From a virus (Duplodnaviria; Caudoviricetes): 64,000 nt of DNA. The translations under genes were made by a program, and so were the position numbers. How positions within the stretch are numbered: the stretch's first letter is position 1; each line of letters starts with the position of its first letter. This document shows positions 51,274 through 59,718 of the stretch, piece by piece. The stretch spans positions 24,243 through 88,242 of IMG/VR virus record IMGVR_UViG_3300024232_000009; one strand, 5' to 3'. The notes under the pieces were generated by a model. The model had not been told where the DNA came from and did no database searches. It was given only the letters and a program-made list of their open reading frames with translations.

Positions 51274-51564
51274 CAACCATACGGACAAAGGGAATCTGGT
51301 GAAGCGAACGGCGGTGTGGAAGGACACACAAGGTGTGCGCGGTCAGGCCGATGCCCCGGGGACTAAGCCGGATCAGCATGTTCGGAGCGCGTGGACGCAA
51401 CTCTTGGCTCTGACGGTGTGGAACCGCCGGCGGGGTATCACACAACGCAGGGATGACGCCCTGCCCGCCTACTGAGGCCCAGCAGCCGATGTCAATTTCG
51501 GCCCGCCGCTTCACCAGACCTGAGTGACAACACCGATCCCCCGCATCGGGGTAGCGTCAAGCGG

Positions 51565-51756
51565 TCACCGCAATGCGATCTCCCGAAACGAGGCGGTCAG
51601 CACTTCGTAGTGCTCCTTCATGCAGACCAGCATCTCGTGGTAATTCACAACGGTAGGATTGATCGCGTAGGTGTTCGCCGCCTCTTCCAGGTTCAGCGAC
51701 GCCGTGAGAAGCCGCTGGGCCATGTCCACGGACCGCAGGCCGCCGGGGGATATCAT
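51565..51756 (-). CDS. Hypothetical protein
   Basis: ATGA overlap with upstream gene. Confidence 0.5.
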   Translation of the reverse strand: MISPGGLRSVDMAQRLLTASLNLEEAANTYAINPTVVNYHEMLVCMKEHYEVLTASFREIALR

Positions 51757-51986
51757 TCGTCCGGCCGCTCAACAGGAACGGGCACCACCGCCCCTTCGGG
51801 TAACGGCTGAACGCAATACCCATTCGCGTGCAGCGCGGCGAGGAACTTCGAAAACACGGCGATCCGGTGGCCACTGACCGCCTGGATGGATGTTTCGACG
51901 GCGTTCTCCATCTTGGAGAAACTGAGGCTCGATAAAAGGTCAGGCTGCATAGCGGTATCCTTTATGGGTTTCAGGTGAAGGGTCAT
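51753..51986 (-). CDS. Hypothetical protein
   Basis: ATG 51986 (ATGA overlap). Confidence 0.5.
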   Translation of the reverse strand: MTLHLKPIKDTAMQPDLLSSLSFSKMENAVETSIQAVSGHRIAVFSKFLAALHANGYCVQPLPEGAVVPVPVERPDE

Positions 51987-52966
51987 TGGCCTCGGCCACC
52001 ATGGCCGAAGAACGCAACGCGGACGTGATTCAATTCGGGCTTCCAGCAAACGCCGCACGTTCCGCAGGTTTGCGTTTTGCCGAGTTCCTGCGGGCAGACC
52101 ATCGTTTTCGTCGCCGGATCGTAGACGTTCCGATCTGGCTTCTCCCAAAGCGTGGTCACCTGCATAGGCTCGTACGGCGCATCGGGAGCGACTGAGTTAC
52201 GGATTTGCCAACGATTGGACCGCTTCGCGTTCATCGCCGCGATGATTGACCCAATCTCACTATGCCTTGGGTGCGCTGTATAACCCTCGACGCGCAAAGC
52301 CGGGAATTCGCTCGACCACCGAGCCCACTCGCGAGCATAACGAGCGTCCGGGAAGTCACCGAGAACATGCAACCGGACCACGAACCCACGCTTCGATCTG
52401 GGCAACTTGGACAGGATCGTTAGATCACGATGGATCGCCAGCAGGAGCGCTGGTGTGTACCGGAACCTAACGGCAGCGGGCATGCCATTACCGTAGCACT
52501 CAGCCCACGCGGCACACGTCCGCGGGCATGTCGCGCGTTCCTCAAGCGACATCGTGTAAATCGGAAATCCGGCCCAGTCGCCGACGGTTACCCTCTTGCC
52601 CAGTTTCGCGTTGTTTTCGCCGCTGATCAGTACTCGGTCGCGTTCGTGTGCGTCGAACACTCGGGTCGAGAAGATAGTACGACCTTCCCTCAAGGCGGGG
52701 TGCCGCAGGTTCAGCGCCGCCGTGGATCGACGTGAGGGTTCCGTCACTGCTAGGTTCACGAAGCGAGCCAGGGTGGATGTTGCCCGGCTCTTGTTGTGAA
52801 ACGTGCGCTGGACACGGTCGACAGGGTCACGAACGAGCCCCGGATTGTCATGCCGGTATGTCGACTGACGCCGAGCGGAATATTTTGCCGCCTCATCCAC
52901 GAGGCCGCCGGCGACTTCAAGCGCGACGGCGGCGGTCAAAGACGCTGCTTCCTCCGGAGACATCAT
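51983..52966 (-). CDS. GP88-like phage protein (Cys-rich)
   Basis: TCPRTC....CY, VRLHVLGDF, GYT, CP......TCGTCGVCW. Confidence 0.7.
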   Translation of the reverse strand: MMSPEEAASLTAAVALEVAGGLVDEAAKYSARRQSTYRHDNPGLVRDPVDRVQRTFHNKSRATSTLARFVNLAVTEPSRRSTAALNLRHPALREGRTIFSTRVFDAHERDRVLISGENNAKLGKRVTVGDWAGFPIYTMSLEERATCPRTCAAWAECYGNGMPAAVRFRYTPALLLAIHRDLTILSKLPRSKRGFVVRLHVLGDFPDARYAREWARWSSEFPALRVEGYTAHPRHSEIGSIIAAMNAKRSNRWQIRNSVAPDAPYEPMQVTTLWEKPDRNVYDPATKTMVCPQELGKTQTCGTCGVCWKPELNHVRVAFFGHGGRGQ

Positions 52967-53169
52967 GGCGACCTCTTTATCGGCGGCTCACGCGCCGGAA
53001 AATCGTTCCGATGCGCGATCCCGCACACCGCGCTACGCGATAACTCCACGAAAAACGCTACCTCAGATGCGGAGTAGCCAAGATCCCAGAACTGACGTGC
53101 GCGCTGAATGAGGGTCTTCGGATGGTGCGGCTTGCAGCGGTTCGTGTTGCCGCGCAGACGGTCGCTCAT
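52963..53169 (-). CDS. GcrA-like HTH protein (N-terminal domain only)
   Basis: ARQFWDLGYSASEVA...SRSAVCGIAHR matches the GcrA W.eG.SasqIA...tRnAViG..hR pattern. Confidence 0.7.
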   Translation of the reverse strand: MSDRLRGNTNRCKPHHPKTLIQRARQFWDLGYSASEVAFFVELSRSAVCGIAHRNDFPAREPPIKRSP

Positions 53170-53197
53170 TCCTCGCCAGCCATGGACCGGATATCGA

Positions 53198-54067
53198 TCA
53201 CTTGGACCATTCCCATCCCTCAATCATTCGGCCAACTTGGCCTTCGATCATCTTGTAGGTTTTGCGGGGGATCACGATCAGTTTAACCTTACCGTGGTAA
53301 ATCCGCATCCGCTTGATTTTGGTCCGGCTCCGCTGGTCCATCCAGCCCTTGACCTCATGGTAGGCGATTTCGCCATTCAGTTCAGTCACACGAAAGTCCG
53401 GCAGATAGCTTCTGGTGCCGCGCTTGATCTTGTTGAACCAGAATACTTGCGGCTCATGCTCCCATTCAGCGATGGCTGAGTGTTCCTTCAACCATTGCAG
53501 ATATCGACCGTAATTCGCCTCCCAACTGGATCGAAAGAACACGCGACGACCAGCGACCTCCCGCCAACCAGACTTCCAACTACGCTGACTGTCGGTGTCG
53601 GGAACCAGCTTCCCGTACCGCTCCATCATTGTGTCCTGCATTTTTCGTGTCCTCGCCGCGATCTCTTCTATGGTCCAGTCATGGCGCTTCCCGAGCATCC
53701 CCCGAGGATGCGGATTGTTCGCGCCCCATTCCTGAAACAGGTTTGGGTTGACGAAATTACCCACCCTCTCCCAGTCGGTTAAGCCAAGATCGTTTGCCTG
53801 ACGACAGATAAAGTGCTTTGTGCGGCCCATTTCCTTGGCGAGGATAGAAAGGGTGCCATTGTCCGCATGGTCAGCGTAACGAGCAATCAGGACAAGCCGT
53901 TCAGCATTGGTGAACACCCGCTTCGGGTTTATCACCCCGGCCTTCTTCAATCTTTCATGAACGGACTGACCGCACATCCCAAACCGCTCGGCCACGCGCC
54001 AGACGTTGGGCGTTTGGTCGTAGGCGGCGGTCAGTTCCTCCACGGAGGCTTTAGCCGGTTGTGGCAT
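53198..54067 (-). CDS. PD-(D/E)xK endonuclease (DUF1064/TnsA-N-like) with N-terminal HTH repeats
   Basis: FRSSWEANY...WEHEP...YLPDF...YHEVKGW. Confidence 0.75.
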   Translation of the reverse strand: MPQPAKASVEELTAAYDQTPNVWRVAERFGMCGQSVHERLKKAGVINPKRVFTNAERLVLIARYADHADNGTLSILAKEMGRTKHFICRQANDLGLTDWERVGNFVNPNLFQEWGANNPHPRGMLGKRHDWTIEEIAARTRKMQDTMMERYGKLVPDTDSQRSWKSGWREVAGRRVFFRSSWEANYGRYLQWLKEHSAIAEWEHEPQVFWFNKIKRGTRSYLPDFRVTELNGEIAYHEVKGWMDQRSRTKIKRMRIYHGKVKLIVIPRKTYKMIEGQVGRMIEGWEWSK

Positions 54068-54791
54068 CCGACACTTTCGAATGCAGAGAAGCAGCTAACG
54101 CAGTCGGATCGGCGGGGATGTCGGCGTTAGGTTGAGCGGCAGTGCCGTTTGTGGGTTTGCCTCCATGTTCCTTCTCCCAGTGCCAGTCGCCGAAGCCTTT
54201 GGCCCAGTTCTGGTGGTCGGCTGTCCCAGCGATCTTGGGATTCTGCGTCACCAGGCCGCCTTCCTTCGCGCTGTTCCAGCCATCATTGTAAGCGCGGGTG
54301 CGGTCCAGAGCCTCTTCCGCCTCTACCGTTGGCTTGATCGGGGTCTCCAGCACATCGGCCAAGGAACCCTGCCCCTGGGCGTCGAAGATCACCCTCGGCG
54401 GTTCGATACCGACCTTGATCGCGTACCCCATGTATTCGGCGATGAAGGCGTCGGCCTCGGCCTTCGTCATATCGGTCAAATCGAACATCTTCCGGAGCAT
54501 GTCCGGGTTCCCACCCTTGCTCTCGAACGACTTCAGGATGGACCGACCGTTGCCGCGTTCCTCTCCTGCCTCCTTCATGATGTCGGCCAAGGCGCGACGG
54601 TGATTGCGGTAGCGTTCGAGATACTGGCGGATCTCGATCTCGGTCGGGCCGTTCGACTGCTGGGCTGGCGACATCGGTTTGGCCTCGCGCGGTGGCGTGG
54701 CCGCTCCCGCCGCCGCCTTCTTCCCGGCTGCCTTCTTCCCGGCGGCTTTCTTGGCCGCGTTCTTCGATCCGGCTGGTCGTCCCATACTCAT
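54051..54791 (-). CDS. GapR (DUF2312)-like protein with Lys/Ala-rich N-terminus and Rmf-like C-terminal motif
   Basis: IRQYLERY...ILKSFESKGGNPDMLRKM...Y...VGI; AYNDGW...G...NP....H.NW.KGF; start ATG 54791. Confidence 0.65.
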   Translation of the reverse strand: MSMGRPAGSKNAAKKAAGKKAAGKKAAAGAATPPREAKPMSPAQQSNGPTEIEIRQYLERYRNHRRALADIMKEAGEERGNGRSILKSFESKGGNPDMLRKMFDLTDMTKAEADAFIAEYMGYAIKVGIEPPRVIFDAQGQGSLADVLETPIKPTVEAEEALDRTRAYNDGWNSAKEGGLVTQNPKIAGTADHQNWAKGFGDWHWEKEHGGKPTNGTAAQPNADIPADPTALAASLHSKVSDATTG

Positions 54792-55261
54792 TGCTCCTGG
54801 TGGGTGGATTCGGTCGGCGTGGAAACGGCGTCCCTCAGACGACGATACATGGACAGCGACGGTTCGCCTTTCCCGGCTCTCCAGCGCCAAAACGTGGTGT
54901 AAGCAACACCCAAATCAGCGCAAACTTGCTGCATGGTACGCCCACGCTCGGTCGCCATGCGCTCGATATCGGCGGCACACAGATTATCCTCTTCGAGAGT
55001 GCCAGGAGAGGTTTCTGGTGCTACGAATGGCTCTATTGTCAGCATACGCTCATCAAAAGTGAACCACTCTCCATTCAGCCTCTGCTCGGAGAATATTTGA
55101 TGTAGCCATGGCTCAACGCACCGCGGAACGTCAAGAAGCCTGATGATTGTCAGTTCCGTCGTTGGCGTAGGCTTGATTGCGCGCATCCTCTTAACGACAC
55201 TGTTACTCCAGCCTATCTTGACCGGGCCTGTTTCGTCGGCGCGAACTATATAAACCGGCAT
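54788..55261 (-). CDS. GIY-YIG (T5orf172/Mug113-like) domain fused to XRE HTH
   Basis: VYIV...PVKIGWS...R, E..LH..F...RLNGEWF; C-terminal QVCADLGVAYTTFWRW. Confidence 0.75.
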   Translation of the reverse strand: MPVYIVRADETGPVKIGWSNSVVKRMRAIKPTPTTELTIIRLLDVPRCVEPWLHQIFSEQRLNGEWFTFDERMLTIEPFVAPETSPGTLEEDNLCAADIERMATERGRTMQQVCADLGVAYTTFWRWRAGKGEPSLSMYRRLRDAVSTPTESTHQEQ

Positions 55262-55452
55262 TAAGGTGCATCCCATAGATCAGGGCGAAGTTCATGCCGC
55301 GGAACGCCGGTAGCCGCCTCTACGGCCTTTGCGCGTTCCGCCGGGACCCGGTCCCAAGCAGACACTGCTTGCGGTTTCACACCGATCTTCGCAGCTAAAG
55401 CTGCTATCGACCCCACGACCTGGATTGCCTTTGCAAGCGGTTCGTCACGCAT
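55261..55452 (-). CDS. Cro/YdaS-like HTH regulator
   Basis: GSIAALAAKIGVKPQAVSAW..VPAER...VE.ATGVPRHELRPDL. Confidence 0.85.
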   Translation of the reverse strand: MRDEPLAKAIQVVGSIAALAAKIGVKPQAVSAWDRVPAERAKAVEAATGVPRHELRPDLWDAP

Positions 55453-55482
55453 GAGAATCCCTTACCATTCAAAAAAAAGCGT

Positions 55483-55519
55483 CGCAAGGCGAAATTGCGG
55501 CTTGCGGAACTATCGCAAG
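55483..55519. promoter_or_regulatory. Putative Cro operators
   Basis: CGCAA-N7-TTGCG and CTTGCG-N7-CGCAAG inverted repeats. Confidence 0.45.
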
Positions 55520-55538
55520 ACATGCTTGTTTCTTGTCG

Positions 55539-55676
55539 CCCCCAACGAACTAGGGTTGGGGGGAAGGGTCGGGTAACCGGCTCGCCGTCCCGACACCTGG
55601 GAGGAACTGCGCCCAGTGGTGTGACAGCCGGGAGAGCACCGGCAACTTTCCAGGCGGTCCTGCGGGGCCGTCCGCC
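55539..55676 (+). ncRNA. Multi-hairpin structured leader/small RNA
   Basis: Five adjacent stems: CCCCCAAC/GTTGGGGG, GTCGGG/CCCGAC, ACACCTGGG/CCCAGTGGTGT, GCCGG/CCGGC, GGCGG/CCGCC. Confidence 0.45.
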
Positions 55677-55692
55677 ACATAGGGATTGAGCC

Positions 55693-55827
55693 ATGGCTTC
55701 CTCGTTGAACTGGCACCGGCCGCGCCGGATCGAGCCGACACCCGCTCCGCTCTCCGTGCGCATCACGGCGGGCGCACTGCTCGGTGGGATCATCCTCGGG
55801 CTGATCTACATAATGATGATCATCTGA
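55693..55827 (+). CDS. 44-aa single-TM peptide; not in ORF track
   Basis: AGGGA RBS; hydrophobic C-terminus. Confidence 0.5.
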   Translation: MASSLNWHRPRRIEPTPAPLSVRITAGALLGGIILGLIYIMMII

Positions 55828-55829
55828 CC

Positions 55830-56021
55830 ATGTCCGCACCTCTTCCGCCGATCCTGGACGATCTGCACGCGATGCTGCTGGACGACGGTTTCGAGTTCTG
55901 GGGCGGCCTGTATCACAAGTCCGGGACGACTTGGCGCCTGGAGCGCCGTCGCGGCGGGTGGAGGCTGGTGGCGACGTCGCCCAAGGTCGGGCTGAAAGCA
56001 CTAAGGGGGGATAGATCATGA
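55830..56021 (+). CDS. Hypothetical protein
   Basis: ATG 55830; ATGA overlap downstream. Confidence 0.5.
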   Translation: MSAPLPPILDDLHAMLLDDGFEFWGGLYHKSGTTWRLERRRGGWRLVATSPKVGLKALRGDRS

Positions 56022-56398
56022 AAAGTCGTACGGCACTATTGGGCTTTGGTCTCTTAGCATTGATGTCTTGCGACAAGGACGCCGACGTTGCCTCGCGCAA
56101 TATCTCAACGGCGGCTGACAACTTCGAGATCGATCGTAGGGTCGTCTTCTATAACGGTATCACCGGCAACTACATCCTTCAGATTGAGGGAAAGTGTTCG
56201 ATTGGGCCGGCGGCCACTCCCAAGGCCATCTACGTCATCTGTAAGACAGGACCTGGGGCTTACAAAAAGCACTTTCTCGGAGTGTCCGATAACGTCACCT
56301 ATTTTGCCGAGCAACTCGAACCCGCACCGGCCAGCACTTATCGATATCGCGTGGTGTTCAAGCCGACCGTCATCATTCCGGACATTGAAGTGCGATGA
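56018..56398 (+). CDS. Phage lipoprotein (beta-rich)
   Basis: Lipobox LMSC; DADVASRN...ADNFEIDRRVVFYNGITG motif. Confidence 0.75.
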   Translation: MKSRTALLGFGLLALMSCDKDADVASRNISTAADNFEIDRRVVFYNGITGNYILQIEGKCSIGPAATPKAIYVICKTGPGAYKKHFLGVSDNVTYFAEQLEPAPASTYRYRVVFKPTVIIPDIEVR

Positions 56399-56402
56399 TG
56401 TC

Positions 56403-56747
56403 ATGAGCATCAAAACCTTTCTGGATACGACCTTCGAATACGACGCGCCCGCTGGCGATCCCGGCTTTGTGGAGTTGCGCATTCATTTCGATTTCACGCC
56501 GGGCACACCGGAGACCGGACGCGGCTATCTGGCCGATCCCGCGCGGTACGATCCCGGTTCAGGCCACGAGGTTGATTACGACTACGCCGAGCGGGAACAC
56601 ACGGACCCAGGCGGCAACAAGCATTGGATCAGGATTCAGCAGGGCGAATGGCTTGATGAGTTCTGCCAACACTGGCTGTCCACCCGTGACGCGGACGACT
56701 TCAACGAGTGCATTCCGGAACGTGATCCGGATTACGGGAGGGACTGA
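56403..56747 (+). CDS. Acidic hypothetical protein
   Basis: 114 aa. Confidence 0.55.
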   Translation: MSIKTFLDTTFEYDAPAGDPGFVELRIHFDFTPGTPETGRGYLADPARYDPGSGHEVDYDYAEREHTDPGGNKHWIRIQQGEWLDEFCQHWLSTRDADDFNECIPERDPDYGRD

Positions 56748-56923
56748 TGCTGACAACCAAAAGCGGCACCCCTCTGCGGTGCTGGTCGTGCATGGCCCCG
56801 CTGACCGAACGCGAGGCGACTGAGTCACCGTATTTCTGCGAGGGATGCGAGCGCACCTACATCAAGGTCGCGCCGTTCCACTGGCAGACCAACGCCCATC
56901 TGGCAAAGGAAACGACACCGTGA
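56747..56923 (+). CDS. Small Zn-ribbon protein; not in ORF track
   Basis: CWSC...FCEGC; TGATG and GTGA overlaps. Confidence 0.6.
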   Translation: MLTTKSGTPLRCWSCMAPLTEREATESPYFCEGCERTYIKVAPFHWQTNAHLAKETTP

Positions 56924-58374
56924 AAATCCTCAATTTCTCCGCGGAGAACTTCAAGCGCATATCCGTCGTCCAGATCACGCCGACCGGGAATCTGGTGCAG
57001 ATCACCGGCAAGAACGGTCAGGGCAAGACCTCGGTGCTGGACGGGATATGGGCCGTACTCGAGGGCGCGGATGCGATTCAGGCGGCGCCGATCCGCAAGG
57101 GCCAAGACAAGGCCGTGATGCAGTTGAAGCTGGGAGGCGACAAGGTCGAACTGATCGCCACCCGCACGCTGCGGCGGCGGAAGGAGGCGGCGGGCTTCAC
57201 CAATACCCTGACGGTCGAGACCGCGGACGGTTTCCGCGCGCCATCGCCCCAGGCCATGATGGACAAGCTGATGGGCCGGATCACCATGGATCCGCTCGCG
57301 TTCAGCCGGATGAAGTCCAAGGAGCAATTCGACCAGTTGCGGGTGTTCGTACCCGACGTCGACTTCGACGACATCGCCGCGCGCAACAAGTCCGATTTCA
57401 CCAAGCGTACCGAGGTCAACCGCGACGCCAAGCAGGCGCGCTCGGCGGCATTGTCGGTGCAGGTGCCGGACAGCATCGACGACACGACGCAACCCGTGGA
57501 TGAGGCCGCGCTGATCGAGCAGTTGAACGGCGCCGCGAACCACAACGCCAGCATCACGACCAGGGCGGACCGGCGCGAAGCGGCGCGGAAGCAGGTGGAA
57601 GCCAATCGCGCCACGGCCGATCGCGTGGAGGGTGAATTACCCGATCTGATTGCTGGACACGAAAAGGTTCGAGACCAGGATATCGCCTCGCTCAGAGAGC
57701 AAATCGCACTGCTTGAAAAGCGGATCGTCGAGCGTCAGGAGCGAGCGAACTCTATGATCACTGAAGCCCGGGAGATAACGGCTGACCATGTCAAAAAGGC
57801 CCGCGAAGCCGCCGACGATTTGGAGAAGACGCTTAACGACGCGGAGCCACTACCCGAACCGATCGACACCGAGGCGCTGACCGCGCGCATCACCGAGGCG
57901 CGCAACACCAACGCCGCCATCCGCCTGCGGGATCAGCGCAAGCGACACGAGGCGGACGCCGAACGTCTGGAAGGGGAGGCCCTGGAACTGACGACTGCCA
58001 TGGCCGCACGCGACAAGACGAAGGCCGACGCGATCGCCGCGGCGAAACTGCCGGTGGAGGGACTGGGCTTCGGCGATGGGATGGTGACCATCGATGGCCT
58101 ACCCTTCGACCAGGCGAGCGACGCGCAGCAACTCCGCACGTCGATCGCCATCGCCATCGCGACGGCGGGCCCATTGAAGGTGATCCGGGTGCGGGACGGC
58201 TCCCTCTTGGACGACGAGGGCATGAAGCTGCTCGCTCAGATGGCAGACGAAGCCGACATGCAGATTTGGGTTGAGGTAGTTGGTAATGGGGAGAAGGTAG
58301 GGTTTGTTTTGGTCGATGGACACTTGGCCGACCAGCCGCCGACTGACGATCAACCAAGCGGTAATCTTCTATGA
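56920..58374 (+). CDS. SbcC/Rad50-like (AAA_23) coiled-coil ATPase
   Basis: NFKRI, Walker A GKNGQGKTSVLD, long coiled coil, signature-like ASDAQQ, RDGSLLD. Confidence 0.85.
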   Translation: MKILNFSAENFKRISVVQITPTGNLVQITGKNGQGKTSVLDGIWAVLEGADAIQAAPIRKGQDKAVMQLKLGGDKVELIATRTLRRRKEAAGFTNTLTVETADGFRAPSPQAMMDKLMGRITMDPLAFSRMKSKEQFDQLRVFVPDVDFDDIAARNKSDFTKRTEVNRDAKQARSAALSVQVPDSIDDTTQPVDEAALIEQLNGAANHNASITTRADRREAARKQVEANRATADRVEGELPDLIAGHEKVRDQDIASLREQIALLEKRIVERQERANSMITEAREITADHVKKAREAADDLEKTLNDAEPLPEPIDTEALTARITEARNTNAAIRLRDQRKRHEADAERLEGEALELTTAMAARDKTKADAIAAAKLPVEGLGFGDGMVTIDGLPFDQASDAQQLRTSIAIAIATAGPLKVIRVRDGSLLDDEGMKLLAQMADEADMQIWVEVVGNGEKVGFVLVDGHLADQPPTDDQPSGNLL

Positions 58375-58898
58375 AAAAAGGGAGGATGATGCCGCGCTCG
58401 GTAAACTGTGCGGTCTGTCAAACCACCTTTGAAACTCGGCATAGCATGGGGAAATATTGCTCTCCCCCATGCGCCCGGGTCGGCCAACGCAAGAGTTGGC
58501 GGGAATATGGCGACCGGAACAGAGAGGGTCGCCGCTCCTATCACAAAGCCCTGTATCTTGCGGCACCCGAGAAAGTCATGGATCGGGTTTTGGTCTACCG
58601 GAAAACTGAGGCCGGAAAGGCCGCAACGAAGATAAGCGACGCGCGCACCAAACAAAAAAATCCTGAAAAGGTAGCCGCACGCACGGCTGTATCGGCCGCG
58701 ATCAAAGCTGGAAAAATAACGAAAAAGCCATGCGAACGATGCGGCGAGGCAAAGACGCACGCGCACCATCCGGACTATTCTAAGCCGCTCGATGTTATAT
58801 GGCTCTGCCATATTTGCCACGCCGCTGAACATGGTCGTCTGGTTAACCCGCAGCTTCTGCGCAAAGTCGAACTGTCTGGCAAAGGAGTGTCACCATGA
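58371..58898 (+). CDS. HNH-like endonuclease with Zn fingers
   Basis: CAVC...YCSPPC; CERCG...HAHHPDYSKPLDVIWLCHICH..EH. Confidence 0.8.
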   Translation: MKKGRMMPRSVNCAVCQTTFETRHSMGKYCSPPCARVGQRKSWREYGDRNREGRRSYHKALYLAAPEKVMDRVLVYRKTEAGKAATKISDARTKQKNPEKVAARTAVSAAIKAGKITKKPCERCGEAKTHAHHPDYSKPLDVIWLCHICHAAEHGRLVNPQLLRKVELSGKGVSP

Positions 58899-59506
58899 CC
58901 ATCACAGCACACGACTTCGAGACCGAGGGCCTGATCGATTTCACCAAGCGAAGCCATGATCCTTCGCATCCGCACATCGTCAGCATGGCGATCATCAAAT
59001 ACGCGGACGACGGCACCCAACTGTCATGCCGCCACGTCCTCGCCAAGCCGGTCAATGGGTCGGTCAGCCAGCCGGACGCCTTCAAGGCGCACGGCATCAC
59101 CGAGGCGCAGCGCGAGGCCGAGGGCATCCCGGAGGAACACGTCATCAGCCTTTGGTTGATGTCGATGGCGCGGGCGACGTTACGGGTTGCCCATAATGGG
59201 TCGTTTGACGATCGCGTGGCCCGCATCGCCCTGACGCGGTACGGCTTCCAGCGCGACGTGATCGAGTTCATCGAGAAGCGACCCAGCTTCTGCACGATGA
59301 ACAACTCCAAGGCGATCGTGAACCTGCCACCGACGGAGCGCATGGTTGCGAAGGGGATAAACGGCCCGAAGCCGCCGAACCTGGCCGAGTGCGTGAAGCA
59401 CTTCTTCCCCGACGAGGCGATCGAAGGGCTCCACGGCGCGCTGGCCGACGCTCGGTATGCGGGTCGAATTTACTTCCACCTGAAAAGCCTGGGGAAGGCT
59501 GCATGA
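58895..59506 (+). CDS. DnaQ-like 3'-5' exonuclease (DEDDh)
   Basis: DFETEG, VAHNGSFD, HGALAD. Confidence 0.85.
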   Translation: MTITAHDFETEGLIDFTKRSHDPSHPHIVSMAIIKYADDGTQLSCRHVLAKPVNGSVSQPDAFKAHGITEAQREAEGIPEEHVISLWLMSMARATLRVAHNGSFDDRVARIALTRYGFQRDVIEFIEKRPSFCTMNNSKAIVNLPPTERMVAKGINGPKPPNLAECVKHFFPDEAIEGLHGALADARYAGRIYFHLKSLGKAA

Positions 59507-59718
59507 GAGATCAAATTACTACGCCGCCATTCTGGCTCGTCTGGGATCCCCAGGGACGCTCGCCCAGCCGTCAGCACCCAAATGAGCGGTCTGCCATGGA
59601 CGAAGCCACTAGGCTGGCCCGCGAGCATCCCGGCCACGACTTCTACGTCCTCGAACCGATCTCGGTCACCAAGCGTCAGGACATCGTTACCCAACGCTTC
59701 ACAAGGATTCCATTCTGA
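59503..59718 (+). CDS. Hypothetical protein (H.N..SA..EA.RLA motif)
   Basis: ATGA overlap; paralog of 45496..45822. Confidence 0.65.
   Translation: MRDQITTPPFWLVWDPQGRSPSRQHPNERSAMDEATRLAREHPGHDFYVLEPISVTKRQDIVTQRFTRIPF

Larger units (their letters stand above)
49518..51287 (+). repeat. Array of eight direct 12-bp repeats (consensus ACCAAACGGACA) separating small genes
   Basis: Copies at 49518, 49736, 50071, 50355, 50557, 50796, 51083, 51276 with 0-3 mismatches; spacing 193-335 bp. Confidence 0.85.

Noticed and set aside
49518-51287. CRISPR array or classical integron/CALIN as explanation of the 12-bp repeats
   Set aside because: The repeats are only 12 bp, spacers are 190-330 bp and coding, and there are no cas genes. 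No tyrosine integrase or attC hairpins with R''/R' boxes were seen.
48785-51287. Gin/Cin-type invertible tail-fibre shufflon
   Set aside because: All repeats are in direct orientation, delimit whole genes rather than alternative 3' ends, and are far from tail genes.
51299-51475. ORF after the eighth repeat as a further cassette gene
   Set aside because: The composition is not protein-like and no closing repeat was found; it is left as unresolved.
49440-51497. ATGTCAATT at 49440 and 51489 as a target-site duplication flanking the array
   Set aside because: It is only 9 bp, the left copy is part of the res-like palindrome, and there are no terminal inverted repeats or transposase. It may be chance or a remnant binding site.
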